From assembly GCF_009834535.1 (NCBI RefSeq), contig NC_045696.1, positions 88,228,001 through 88,292,000 on the forward strand: 64,000 bases of DNA, written 5' to 3'. Below are positions 52,770 to 64,000 of the stretch, one piece after another (within the stretch, counting starts at the first letter, position 1; each line of letters begins with the position of its first letter). The position numbers and the translations under genes are program-made. This stretch comes from Camelus ferus (taxonomy: Eukaryota). The notes under the pieces were generated by a model. The model saw only the letters and a program-made list of their open reading frames with translations, made no database searches and was not told the DNA's origin.

Positions 52770-54460
52770 CACCCAGTGACGTGAGTCTCTGTCTTCGTGG
52801 CACCATCAGCTTGGAACCTGCTGGAAGCGCGCTGTGAAATGAGAAGAAACCTGGCCGCAACTAAAATTCGCGCTTCAGCACTATCAGGCCGAGCATGTGC
52901 AGTGCCTCCTCCTTAGGCGGTGGGGGCTGACTGGCAGATGTTGCCCAAATACACATTAAGAGGCTTTCGCGCCGGACGCCCCTGGGACTCGGGCAGAGTC
53001 TCGGCTGCGGAGATGTCAGGGCCGGGAGCCTCAAGGGCCTCTGCGCTCTCAGCGAGCAGCCGCGGCGTTAAATCTAAGCACTCCGTCCTCCGCAGAGAAC
53101 GGATCGAAGGTGTTCTGGATGCGGGTTTTCAGGGAAGATGCTTTTCGCGATCATTCTGCGCCTCCTCGGAAAGATAACTGAGCGCCGAGTGCAAGCGCTG
53201 GGTTCACTTGCCCCGGAGCCTCCGCAGCCGGCGCCGCGAGTGTCGGCACCGAGCCTCCTCCCAGCCCTTTCCCCAGTTTGCCTTCCTGCCGCAGTCCGGG
53301 CCCAATTAATTCTCTTCACTTGTGAGTGAGCACACACAAGTTCCCCGGGCACGATCCTTCCGTTTCCCTGAGGTGGTTCAGCTTTTCAACCATTAACCTC
53401 CCGGCCACGGGGAGGAGGGAAGGTGGCTGGATGGAGGGTGTGGGGGCGGGGAGAGGCATTTTGCACGTTCAAAGGCACCAAAATTAACTGCCAAAGCTAA
53501 AAGGGTTTGCTTTCTTCCATTTTTTGACAGACGAAGGCAGTGGGACGCCTGCTGGGCCGACTGCTGCCCGGGTCCGGAGCCCTGGGCTCACTTCGCAGCC
53601 TGCTGCTGAGTTTCAGACCGCAGAGCTCGGCGTCCGCTCGGCTTCGCCCCCTTGCCGAAGTCTGCAGATCGATGGGTGCTGGGCATAGGCTTTCCCTGGG
53701 CGGGTTAACGTTGGCTTAGGCTAAAGCCCCAAAGCGCCCATCTTTGAGCCTCCTGTTTATCTGCCCGCCTCACCGCCCCCACTCCCCACCGAAGTACGTG
53801 CCCCTCTTGTAGTGTCGGGGCTCCCAGCCCGAGCCAGGGGGAGGGCGCCTCCCCATCCCCTCCTCCCCATCCCCGCCGCGACTCGGGGTTTACTGCAGCA
53901 GCCGGAGGTGACAGCGACGCCTTAGCCTCCTCCGTTGCTCTCGGAGCCCGGGCTTCCCCTGCACCCGGAAAGCGCCCCCTCCTGAGAGGCTGGTGCCTGA
54001 GAAGTGCTAACGAGCTGCAGGAAACCAAAATTTAAAATGTGGAAGTCGCTGGGCTGCATTCCTCCGAGGACGAGCCTGATCGCCCAGGACTGAGTGGCAG
54101 GGTGTGGGAAGTTGGGACCGTAGAGCAAGGGGGGAGGGGAGTGGTGCAGCCGGAATTCTCTTCTGGAAGGAGTCGTTGGGAGCAGTGCAGTTGGACACAA
54201 GTTTGCCTGGGAGTGTTCTCCTTTTGTCAATAATTAATCACCGGAATCAAGTCTAGCAGAATTGGAGTTTTAGCAATAGTGCAAAGGGCGGGGCCGAACA
54301 CCTAACTCCGGGAGGCTCCAGGCTCCCAGCGCAGTGGGAAGCTCGCCGCAACTGGGGAGGAGCCAAAGCGCTGGTGCTCACCTAAGCCGCAGGGAAATAC
54401 ACCCAACCGGGAGGTAAGCATCTTCCAAATATCCGCCTGAGCCGTAAAGTAGCTTTAGAC
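52770..54460. promoter_or_regulatory. SPTSSB: CpG island / promoter region of the + strand gene (SPTSSB)
   Basis: Abrupt rise in GC and CpG content relative to the AT-rich, CpG-depleted flanks. It contains a CRE-like TGACGTGA (52777-52784), an inverted CCAAT (ATTGG 54261-54265) and a GC box GGGCGGGGC (54286-54294), and ends at a strong splice donor. Confidence 0.9.
54300..54413 (+). other. SPTSSB: SPTSSB non-coding exon 1 (5'UTR); the 5' boundary is approximate and may extend further upstream in the island
   Basis: GCTGGTGCTCACCTAAGCCGCAGGGAAATACACCCAACCGGGAG closely matches my recollection of the human SPTSSB mRNA 5'UTR. It is followed by the canonical donor GAG|GTAAGC (GT at 54414-54415). 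Confidence 0.82.
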
Positions 54461-55712
54461 GGAGAGAATTCCTGTCTTTACAGGGAAAAATTAATACCGA
54501 GCCATAATGCAATGTATCAGTTTATTATTTAACTGCATTAAAATTTTTAAGAATTGACTGAGTTTTTCCATTTGCCTTTAACCATGTTAGAAAGTAAGAT
54601 GTTTCACTCAACAGAAGCCAAACTTTATTACTGAAACTTTTCCAGCCAAAAGAAAATTACTTTGCTCATTACTTTAATTATTTGTCTTTGTGTAGTTCAG
54701 TAATAACTATTCAGAGAAATGTCACTGGAAGGTGCTTGAGTTTACTCTTAAATATTCATCTTTATCTAGTTTCATGCTCTTATACAATACTTTCTTTTGC
54801 CGGTAAGCTACTTGAGGCAGTAATACACACAAGTCAACTGCTCAAAAGTGAAGAATTTCCAACAAGGAATACATTTTAACATTTTCTCATAGTTATTAAA
54901 CAGTATGTATTTTCTCAAAGATAGTGAAGCGATTACTTATAAGGAACCCAAGGAGAAAAGATCATATAGTAAACTTTGCCATCGGGGTGGAGAGGTGGTA
55001 TAGTGGATTGAGAAGGGTTTAGATATGAGCAGAGATTCTAGATCTGTTTCAACTAAAGTGACATTCAACTGGTTGGCAATTAACATATGAGCTCAACCCT
55101 TAATCAAATAAGATTTTGAAGAATTGTTAAATGTAAATCTAAGCCCTAAAACTACAAATAAATGCACCAGGGACGTTGGGAAAGTTGTTTTTCCACAAGA
55201 CTTTGTGGCCCACTAGTTCTTTTGAATTAAACAAAAATTAAGAAATACACGATCATTTTTGCTTGTGAACTTTTGAGATTAGTGCATAAAACTAAAGAGG
55301 TTTTAATAACTTGATTTCCTCATCTGAATTATTCCTGTGCTTTTTTAAATGGCATTAATTTGATGACAGTTTCAACGTCTGTGATAGCTTTGCACATAGA
55401 TTACTAGAGCAGCAACAACATATGAAATGTACTCTCACACACATTATCGAAATATTTCTATACAACTATTTAATAACCATAAATTAACAATGGTTTGCCA
55501 AACCAAATACATGGGTACTCTCAAAATTGACCAGATGTAAAGTTGAAAGTCAACAAGTCCTCAACTTCAATTGGGTTTCTTAATCCACTGTTTGTGAATT
55601 TGCAAAAACTTTTATAAAAACTGTCCTTTGTAATTTTATATCTACTATGTCAGCATAAATTATTTTACCACCAATTATATGAGGTGCAAAATCTTCGTTA
55701 AAAATTATCCAA

Positions 55713-57033
55713 ATGGGACTCAACTTCCAGAATGGTGGTTGAGGAGCTCTGTGAACCTTTCCCTCCATTGGCAAAACAACAATAACTTCAAAATTATTGT
55801 TGAAAATTGTAGGTAAATAGCTATTTAGTCTCTGGAAATTGTCCTGAGGAAATGAAGCAAAACTTGTTCAAGACAATCTACTAAGTTTCAGTAAGGGCAC
55901 CAAGAATTTGGTTTTTCAGCCACAACCCACTTCCCCGCCAGCTCCTGCTAGGTATGATGATGCTCCACTGCGGGAAGGGGAGCCAAAAACACAGGGCTCT
56001 CTCTCAACCTAGAGCCCAGTATAGAGCAGTGATATATTCCTGGGAAAGCAGGCCACCAGCATCTCCTCCACCCAGCTTTGTGTTGCCTAGAAGCCCTACT
56101 CTAGGCAAGAGCAGGTGAAAGATCTGAGGCTTTCTTCTTCCAACCATCCCCCAATCTTAAGGTAAAAGAGGAAAAAGTCAACAACTAAAAGACAACCCAT
56201 TCAAAAATGGGCAAGAGATTTTAGACATTTCTCTAAAGAAGATGTACAAATGGCCAATCAACACATAGTTATCTATCATTAGTTATTAGGGAAATGAAGA
56301 TTAAAAACACAAGCCACTTCACACCAACCAAAATGGCTACAATCAAAATGAAAGATAATAACAATTGTTGGAGGGGAGGTGGAGAAATTCAAACCATCTT
56401 ACATTGCTGGTGGGAATGTAAAACGGTGAGTTACTGTGGAAGATAGGTTGGTAGTTCCTCCAAAAGCTGAACATAGAGTTACCATATAATCCATACAATT
56501 CTACTCCTAGGAATTATCCAAGAGAATTGAAAATCTATGTCCATGGAAGAACTTGTGCACAAAGGTTCACAGCTGCATTACTCATACTAGCTAAAAAGTA
56601 AAAATAACCCAAGTATCCATTGACTGATGAATGGATAGATAAAATGTAATATGGAATGGGACAATGAAATATTCATCAATAAAAAGGAATCAAGTATTGA
56701 TCATGCTACAACATGGATGAACAATGAGCAGATTATGCTAAGTGGAAAACTATATATTGTATGGTTCAATTTATATAACATCTCCACAATAAGCAAACTT
56801 ATAGAGACAGAAAGTAGATTAGTGGTTGCATGTGGCTGGAGTAGGAGGGTGGAGTTGAGCAGGAAAGGGGAGTTACTGCTAAAGGGTACATGTGTCTTCT
56901 GGTGGTGACAAAAAAAGTTCTAAAATCAATTAGTAATGGTTGCAAAACTGTGAGTATACTAAAAACTATTGAATTCTGTGCTTTGGCTGAATTTTCTGGT
57001 ACTTGAATTATAACTCAATAAAGCCGTCTTTAA
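55713..57033 (+). mobile_element. Old L1 (L1M3/L1MB-like) retaining both its 5' end and 3' end with a large internal loss
   Basis: 5'UTR-like acttccagaatggtggttgaggagctc...gtctctggaaattgtcctgagg is joined at ~56160 to ORF2-end sequence (caacccattcaaaaatgggcaag) and the 3'UTR. Flanks are aaaattatccaa / taaataatccaa. Confidence 0.75.
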
Positions 57034-59303
57034 TAAATAATCCAAGGTCTTAAAAGAACATGTGGGTTCAGAACGGGTGGCACAGGTATTACACAGCTAT
57101 ATGATATGCATATTTTTAGAGACCTACCAAGTTTTCCTCTGTTTAGAAATAAGTCAAATGTCATTCTGCAGTCCTACTAGAGAATCTGTTTGCAATACCC
57201 TATCTTTTGGACTCTTCCAAGCTCAGTGAGGCTAATCATTCCTCCTGCTTTTCGGTAAGTCTAGTCCTTTATCCATTCTTCAGGCCAGTTGTTGAGAGAG
57301 GCTACATGGGTGAGAGAGAGGGAGGGTACCTGAATCTCAGCCAAAAGTGTACTTGTCTGCCACTCAGATTAGCCTGGTTTCACTTCCACTAGACTGGCCT
57401 GGAAGTTGGAGTCTTGGGGGGAAAGGAAGAGCTGGAGTGGCCACTGTAGGGCTGAGAGCACACTGACATGTCACTGCTGGGAAGCATCTCTGGTGATTAA
57501 ACAATCTCAAATGTAGGAGAAGCTCCCAAATAATTAATAGCCTCCTCTATTCATCTTTTATATTTTAAGTTCCCATAAACTGCCAGATCCTGTACTCAGA
57601 ACCATGGAATTGGATGATCATGGAATTGGATGTCCGGAAATGGGGATACAAAATTAGTGAGTCTCTCAGTTTCATGGGGGTAGTGAGCAACTGAACTTGT
57701 TGCCAGGAACAGTTATGAGTATGCTGAGCCAAACATACCCATAGCTTTAGGGGTTCAAGTAAGTCTACCTGCATTGGGAAACCTCAAGATTTTTCATTCT
57801 TACCAGCCCAAGCTCATCATTCCATGTCTAGGTTTAGAAGAGCATACCATGCTGGTGAAAATGGGTTCCATGCAGTTTATTTGACCACTGAAGCTTTTGT
57901 AGAGGTCCTACTGTCATATTTTCTCAGATTTCTATAGTTTTAAATATCCAACCAGTTATCTATAAATTAAATACATGGAAGAAAAATCTGATCATGGTTA
58001 TTATTTATTAATATTGAATTGATCAGAATCAATAATTCTTTTATTCAACATATTTATTGTGCATCTACCCTGTACTAGGACACTTCTAGGTCCTGGATGA
58101 GTAATAAACAAAACAGATAAAAATTCCTACCCTTGAGAAGCTTAAATTCAAGAGGGGCTGCCAGACATATATATATATATATTTTTTTTTTAAGTGAATT
58201 ATGTAGTGTATGAGTAGGAAATAAGGGTTCTGGAGAAAAATTAAGCAGGGAAGGGCAAGAGGTACAATTTTAAATTGTGGCATCAGACTAGGTAGTAAAA
58301 GTATGTAATTAGCTAATGTAAAGATCATGTGTGGGATAGGCGATAAGGATTACCTGCTCCAGGTGGACTTCTCCCCTTGGGAGCTTTCGTTTCCCCTTTT
58401 GCATCAGCATTGTTTTACTACCTTGGATTTACTGGTGCTTCACCAAAGAAAATATTACATTACCCACAACACATTCCAAGCAACCACAAGGAAGACATAA
58501 CTTCATACCTTTTCTAAAGAACTACAACCTAAATAAAACACTGCCTTAGAACAACAAGAATTCTTGCTAAGAGAAATCATTATTAGCCTGGGCTTTTAAG
58601 TTTTCTTTTGGCCTTTCTCTCTAGCTTTGCCCTGAATTCTTGCAGTCTGCTGGAGGATTATGTGGTCAATAATTAAGAACCACTTTCCCAAGCTTAACAC
58701 CTTTTGAAAGAGTAAAGAGGGTATGGGAGAAGTTGAGAGGAAGAAAAAATTCTAGGCCACTCTAGAAAGGTGAAGGGAGAACAGATCCTTCAGAACCAGC
58801 ACAGAGCATGGAACCCCACAGATCAACTGGAAACTAGAGGGGAAAAGCCACCAGACAGCTGCTTCTTTCCGGAACTGTCCCAGAATCTCTACTCAGGGCA
58901 CCTGGCTTAAAAGATACCTGAGGACACATTGTTCTAGTAAAATATAATGGGTGTAGCAGCTCTCCTGAAATAGAACTTTTAGAAAATGGCTTAAAAGGGA
59001 GCGGGGATTTGATTTTCTCTAAGTCAAAAGGGAATGTTTATTACAGGCTTAGAGGAGAAGCGTTTAACAATGTTCAGACTCAGGTTAGAAATAAATCAAA
59101 AGCCTCCCTGTTATAGTGGAGCTATTACGGAGCATTAGAATTCTCATTCATTCATTCATTCAACAGATTGTAATTAAGCAGTCACTATGTGCCAAGTGCT
59201 GAGGGAACAACATAGACCTTACTTCAAAGACCTTCCTTTCTAGAGATTACATTATATGCCTTTTGCTACAGTCAATGCACACAGTAATGAGGACAAGAAC
59301 TTT

Positions 59304-59430
59304 TTGAACTGCCTGTCCTGACACCCCCTTTGAGACTAGGTTAGTTCTTTCTACTTCCCTGTCATAGCACTTATCACACTGTAGGATGCTTGTGCAACTG
59401 TCTCTCCTCCTCTCTAGAAAGTGGCCTGAG
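59304..59430 (+). repeat. Inverted repeat arm A (L2 3'-end derived)
   Basis: Reverse complement of 60944-61070. Contains the L2 motif catagcacttatcacactgta and continues into an L2 tail with (TGGA)n at ~59497-59525. Confidence 0.95.
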
Positions 59431-59559
59431 GAGCGTGAGTATGTCAATCCTACTCATAGTTTATATCTCTAGTACCTGCTTACTGAATATTTGATTGGAT
59501 GGATGGAGGGATGGAGGGATGGATGATTTGCCAAGTTGTGACCAGAGGTCTTGCATAGA

Positions 59560-59785
59560 GAGGCAGTCTGGGAGAGTAGTTAAAAGAGTGTGTGCTCTGC
59601 ATTAGCTGTGAGACTTTGGGTCAATATTTAAATTTCCCAATGCCTCAGTTTTCTCATTTGTAAAATAGGTATAGAAATAGTGCCTCTGTTATAGTGTTGT
59701 TACGTGAATTGCATAAGGTAATACTTATTAAGTGGTTAGCAAAGTTCTGGGACATAAGCTGCTCAGTAAATAGCCACTATTAGTA
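59560..59785 (+). mobile_element. MIR SINE (one of many MIRs, e.g. ~13.8, 28.1, 29.05, 35.85, 37.5, 40.7, 41.0, 62.7 kb)
   Basis: gctgtgagactttgggtcaa...tgcctcagttttctcatttgtaaaatagg MIR core. Confidence 0.8.
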
Positions 59786-60943
59786 CCAATCCAGAATGGC
59801 AGCGTCCTGGGTGACAGTTTGCTATTCAAATATTGCAGCCCTGCTCTTTCAGCTCCATTGTAAGATCAGAGGATGTCCATTAGGAATTCCAAGCTAAGGT
59901 TTTCACTTTGAGGTCAAGATCTCTGAGAAGATTAAAAAGAGATTTGGGGAATAAATATAAGTAGGATATTGAACAAGAAAATTTAAAGGACTAGAAACAG
60001 AAAGAAAGAAAAAAGCTCAAGATGGCATCCCCAAAGCAATTTTTCTGGGGCAATAATACCTCTACTGCTCTCACACCCACCAGCCAGAGTGCCAGTTCAT
60101 CTCTGTTCTTCTGGAACATACTTGTTTTGCATAGAATGTCATGCCCAATAAACATCAATAAATGTTCACTGATGCAGAAGAAAGAAGAAAAGTGGAAAAA
60201 AAATTTATTTGAAGTCAAGTCTTATCTGAACTTAAAAGTGTTATGTTTTCTTTTTTATTTCTTTTGAAAATCTAATTATCCTCTTTTTTGTGTAAGACTT
60301 TTGGTCAGATTTATCATAGTGCCTCCTCACATGCAGTTTTCTGTTATCTTCTAAATAAGAAGAAAAACCAACAAGTGACTGACCTATGGAAACCTAGTAA
60401 CTTCAATGAGTCCCTCTATGGCTGTTAAGAAGTATTCTCTTAATCTCTTCCCCAACCATGGGGGAATCTCATGTATTTTTATCTTCTCCTAAGAATAGTA
60501 AACTGCTTCCTCTTTATTAACTCATCCACTGGAGACTAATTTTTAGGTAAAAGTAGCTTAGAATCGTTTGACTGATAGAAAAAATTAGGGATAGGAATAT
60601 GTAACTGACCTCAGTACTTCAGTTACCAACTCTTTTTATTCCTTGAGACTCCACAGGGAGAGCTTGGTCCTTAAATTTTTAATAGGATATTTTATTGCCT
60701 AAAACTTTAAACAAAGAAAAAAATCAATCAGGTTGGCCTGGTTCTGGTTTTGATGGGCGGGAAAATCAGGCTATAATTCAGGACAAAAATGTTGTCCCAC
60801 AGGTTTCCTCCCCTTAGGAGGAAACAAAAACTGATGCAACACTAAACAGATGATATGGTACTCATCCCTAACCTACAGGGTGAATATTTTTTCTCCCAAA
60901 CTCATAGGAATCACCATTTTACCCACTCACATCACCCGTGCTT

Positions 60944-61070
60944 CTCAGGCCACTTTCTAGAGAGGAGAGACAGTAACACAAGCATCCTACAGTGTGATAA
61001 GTGCTATGACAGGGAAGTAGAAAGAAGCTCTAACCCAGTCTTGAAGGAGATGTCAGGACAGGCAGCTCAA
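60944..61070 (-). repeat. Inverted repeat arm B (L2 3'-end derived)
   Basis: Perfect 50-nt complement (60977-61026 vs 59345-59394) within a 127-nt arm. Confidence 0.95.
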
Positions 61071-61910
61071 TAGAGTCACCAGAAAGGAATCTCTTAGGAA
61101 AAGAAATAGAATCATGTAGAAAATAAGAGGAACAAATAAAAATTGTGATAAAAGTTACCATCCTTGAGCTATTATTAAGACCAGGCACCATTAACCATCC
61201 ATTACCAGTGTTGTGCAATCTTCACAGTAACACAGAATTAACTATCTCCGTGTTACTCAGGACATAACTGATGCTTACAGTGATTATGCAACATCCTGAA
61301 TATCACACAATGGCAAACTGGAGCTTGCCAATTTCCAAACCCAAACTCTTATTATGACAAAAAAAAAAAAAATTAATGAAGCAAATCATTCTCCAGTGGG
61401 ACACTGAATTCTATTATAGAAATAGTATCTTAGACTTGATGAAAGCTTAGAAATCTCTTATTAAACCCTTCCTCCTGGTTGATAGCAACCCTCAGAAGGT
61501 TTTGTCTGGACTCTGCTTGAACAGTTTCCCTAATGGAATTCTTACTACTTCAATCAGCCCACCCCTTTCCCTTTAGATTGCTCTTATTATTTAAAGTTTT
61601 TCCTGAGATTCACCTCTGAAAACAATAAAAACAATTTCAAACTTACCCCTCCATAATATCTTGTAACACCATTTAAAATCTTTTAGATCTTTTAAGACCT
61701 CCGTGACCACATTCCTCCCCCCAGATCTGCTCTCAATACTTCCCATTGGAAACCTCCCAGATTTTCTCCATCTAGCTTCCTGTGGATGTGCTCAACTTGC
61801 TGGAGTGACCATTTTTAACAGCTGGAAGAAGGATGGTAATCAAACCAAGAGCTGTAGCTCCCTTTCCTTATCTATGGCGCAGTACTTCTATAAATGTATC
61901 AGAATATTGG

Positions 61911-62248
61911 TGCTACAGTCTGAATGTGTCCCCCCAGATTCATATGTTGACTCCTAACTCCCAAAGGAGATGGTATTAGGAGGAAGTGCTTAGGTCTTGA
62001 GAATGGAACCTTCATGATGAGATTAGTGTTCTTGTAAGAGGCTCCAGAGAGATCCCTTGTCCCTTCCACCATGTGAAGACACAGTGAGAAGGTGGCACTA
62101 GGAACAGGAAGGGTGCCTTTTCCAGAATGCAGCTGTGCTGGTTCCTTGACCTTGGGCTACCCAGTCTCCAGAACTGTAAGAAATGAATTTCTGTTGTTTA
62201 TACGCAGTCTGTGGTATTTTGTTATAAGGGTTCAAATGGACTAAGACA
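61911..62248 (+). mobile_element. MaLR solo LTR (MLT1A-like) with perfect TSD ATTGG
   Basis: tgctacagtctgaatgtgtccccccagattcatatgttg ... ggactaagaca, with ATTGG at 61906-61910 and 62249-62253. Confidence 0.93.
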
Positions 62249-63312
62249 ATTGGATCACTTATTTATTTGCCAACCATTTCCCAACACTATTGGCTCAAAA
62301 AGAACTTGAAGGCAAGGATAATTCCCTAGTCTGTTTTGTTTTAACTGATCATGGGCCACATTTTCCCTATCTTACCCCTGGACAATTGACTTTTTGAACT
62401 GAAGAACAAGACTTTGTATTTTCCTAAGTTTTACCCTCAGTCATTTTTGGAACTTTGTAATCTGCTAAGTCTTTTACAACTCTACCCCATAACTTTGGCT
62501 CATCAGAAAATTGAATCAGGCATATTTTCTATGACATAAATCAGATACACAAAAATGCTACAACAGTGAGGACAAAATGCAGAGCTCTGGGGCTCACCAC
62601 TCAAGACCCACTCACCATCTTTGTGATGCTTCACTAATTACAAAACACTTTCACAAACATTATTTCATTTAATTCTTACAACTACCCTGTGGAAAAGATA
62701 TTATTATCATTCTACATGTGAGAACAAAGATTCAGAAAGACTATCTGACTTGCCTGATGTGACAGAGTAATAAATAAATAAAATAGGAAATAAGTCTTAA
62801 GGCTTCTGACTCTGTTTCCTGGGCTTTTTCAGAGACAGAGGTTTAAATACAGTGATTAAGCTAATCTCTTTTTCCTTTTTTTCTCCCCCACATGGATATC
62901 AACAAAGACTAGTTAAAACCAAGAAATATTTTCTACAAACAAAATCTTTCCCAGAAACCCAGTGTATAAAGCAGACTAAAAGCAGGCTACTCTGCTAAAA
63001 GCGAGATGGGAGGGTCTTAGCTTCTGTCTCTTTGTCCCACCTGGGGCCTCCCTGCAACCCTTCTATGGATGGTAATGTGCACCTTATAGTCCTCAGAGTC
63101 CATTAAGGACAATGACATGTCCTCAATACTACAACCTTCTCTAAAAATAAATTTTCAAATGAGGCTAACTTGTCATGCTTTGTTTTTATACTACATGCAA
63201 GAATTTTGTGAGAGATTATCCATCTAAGAGGTTTAATCATCTTTAACATGGAATAGAGTTGTTCTCAAGTTTGAAGGCATCTTTGGATTTAATTGAAATC
63301 TTAATTTCACAG

Positions 63313-63405
63313 ATGAAGAAACTGCAACCCAGAGAGGAGAAGTAACGCACACGGAATCATTTCTCGAAGGAGCAAGGACAAGAACCCAGACCTGGACCCT
63401 CCTAG
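63313..63405 (+). other. SPTSSB: SPTSSB non-coding exon 2 (5'UTR), derived from a MIR SINE
   Basis: Acceptor ttaatttcacag|ATGAAGAAACTGCAACCCAGAGAGGAGAAGTAAC...GAAGGAGCAAGG...CAGACCTGGACCCTCCTAG matches the recalled human SPTSSB UTR segment that directly follows exon 1. The sequence resembles the MIR core (ttacagatgaggaaactgaggcccagagagg). Donor is TAG|GCAGGT at 63406 or CAG|GTAGAT at 63410. Confidence 0.8.
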
Positions 63406-64000
63406 GCAGGTAGATTCTTCTCATTATATCAAGGAATCTCACTTTTAGAAATCTGCCCCTTTCTGATTACAAGATGACATCTTTAATAAGAGGGAGCTTC
63501 TGGTTGTTGCTTAAGCAACCAAGAAACATTTATGATAGACTCGATATTATCATGGCATTTAAGATGATACAAAGGAGTAAAATGTGGCAATTAACTTTAG
63601 TAACAAGGCCTCAAAACAGTGGTTCTTAGTTTACAGACATGACAGTCTCCTTTGAAGTGTATACTGAAAATGTTTATGCAAAATTTGCAAACATTTCAAG
63701 TAGTTCACAGATTCATTCTCCCCCCCCCCCCCCCAAGTTCTTGGCCTCCTGGTTAGGAACTTCTGGCCAATCCCAGTACAAGTGCCAGTGTCAGGATTAC
63801 ATAGCACCAGCTGCTATCTGATTTGTGGGTCTGCTGGTTAAAGTTGCTTCTGTTTTGGCATCCTTCATTTTTTATTTAAATGGAGCAGCATCTTACTCTG
63901 GAAGACCTTTGATATAAGACAGGAGTAAATTTTTCAGTAAGTATTTAGTTAACCAGAGAGGACAAATTAAGAGAGAAATAGGATAAAATAAAAACATTTT

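Noticed and set aside
52874..52894. TTCAGCAC REST/RE1-like site
   Set aside because: Only the left half-site matches; the GGACAG half is absent.
52920..54233. Several 60-107 aa ORFs in the CpG island
   Set aside because: GC-rich sequence is stop-poor. None resembles SPTSSB, whose CDS should lie in the exon beyond the window.
59247..61073. Two ORFs sharing the peptide SILQCDKCYDREVER (apparent CxxC gene duplicate)
   Set aside because: They are translations of the L2-derived inverted repeat arms, not genes.

Overview
Mammalian, almost certainly camelid, genomic DNA: there are five tRNA-derived Vic-1-type SINEs plus cetartiodactyl-type L1 3' ends. The first ~52 kb is repeat-rich intergenic sequence containing L1, L2, MIR, MaLR/ERVL/ERV1 solo LTRs, MER2/MER5/MER20 and a decayed hAT-Charlie (Buster-type) transposase. 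A CpG island at ~52.8-54.5 kb is the promoter of a + strand gene that I recognise from memory of the human 5'UTR as SPTSSB (serine palmitoyltransferase small subunit B). Its non-coding exon 1 ends at 54413, and a MIR-derived exon 2 lies at 63313-63405/63409. The SPTSSB CDS should lie beyond the window. No confidently protein-coding CDS is present, and most ORF-track entries are repeat-derived or chance. Most notable: a ~94% identical 127-bp inverted repeat built from ancient L2 sequence in intron 1; a 10-codon uORF and tandem GC/GT donors on the MIR exon; and an unannotated-looking minus-strand terminal exon with a 136-codon open frame and tandem poly(A) signals at ~11.85-12.5 kb. Repeat family names come from recalled consensus sequences, not from a search.
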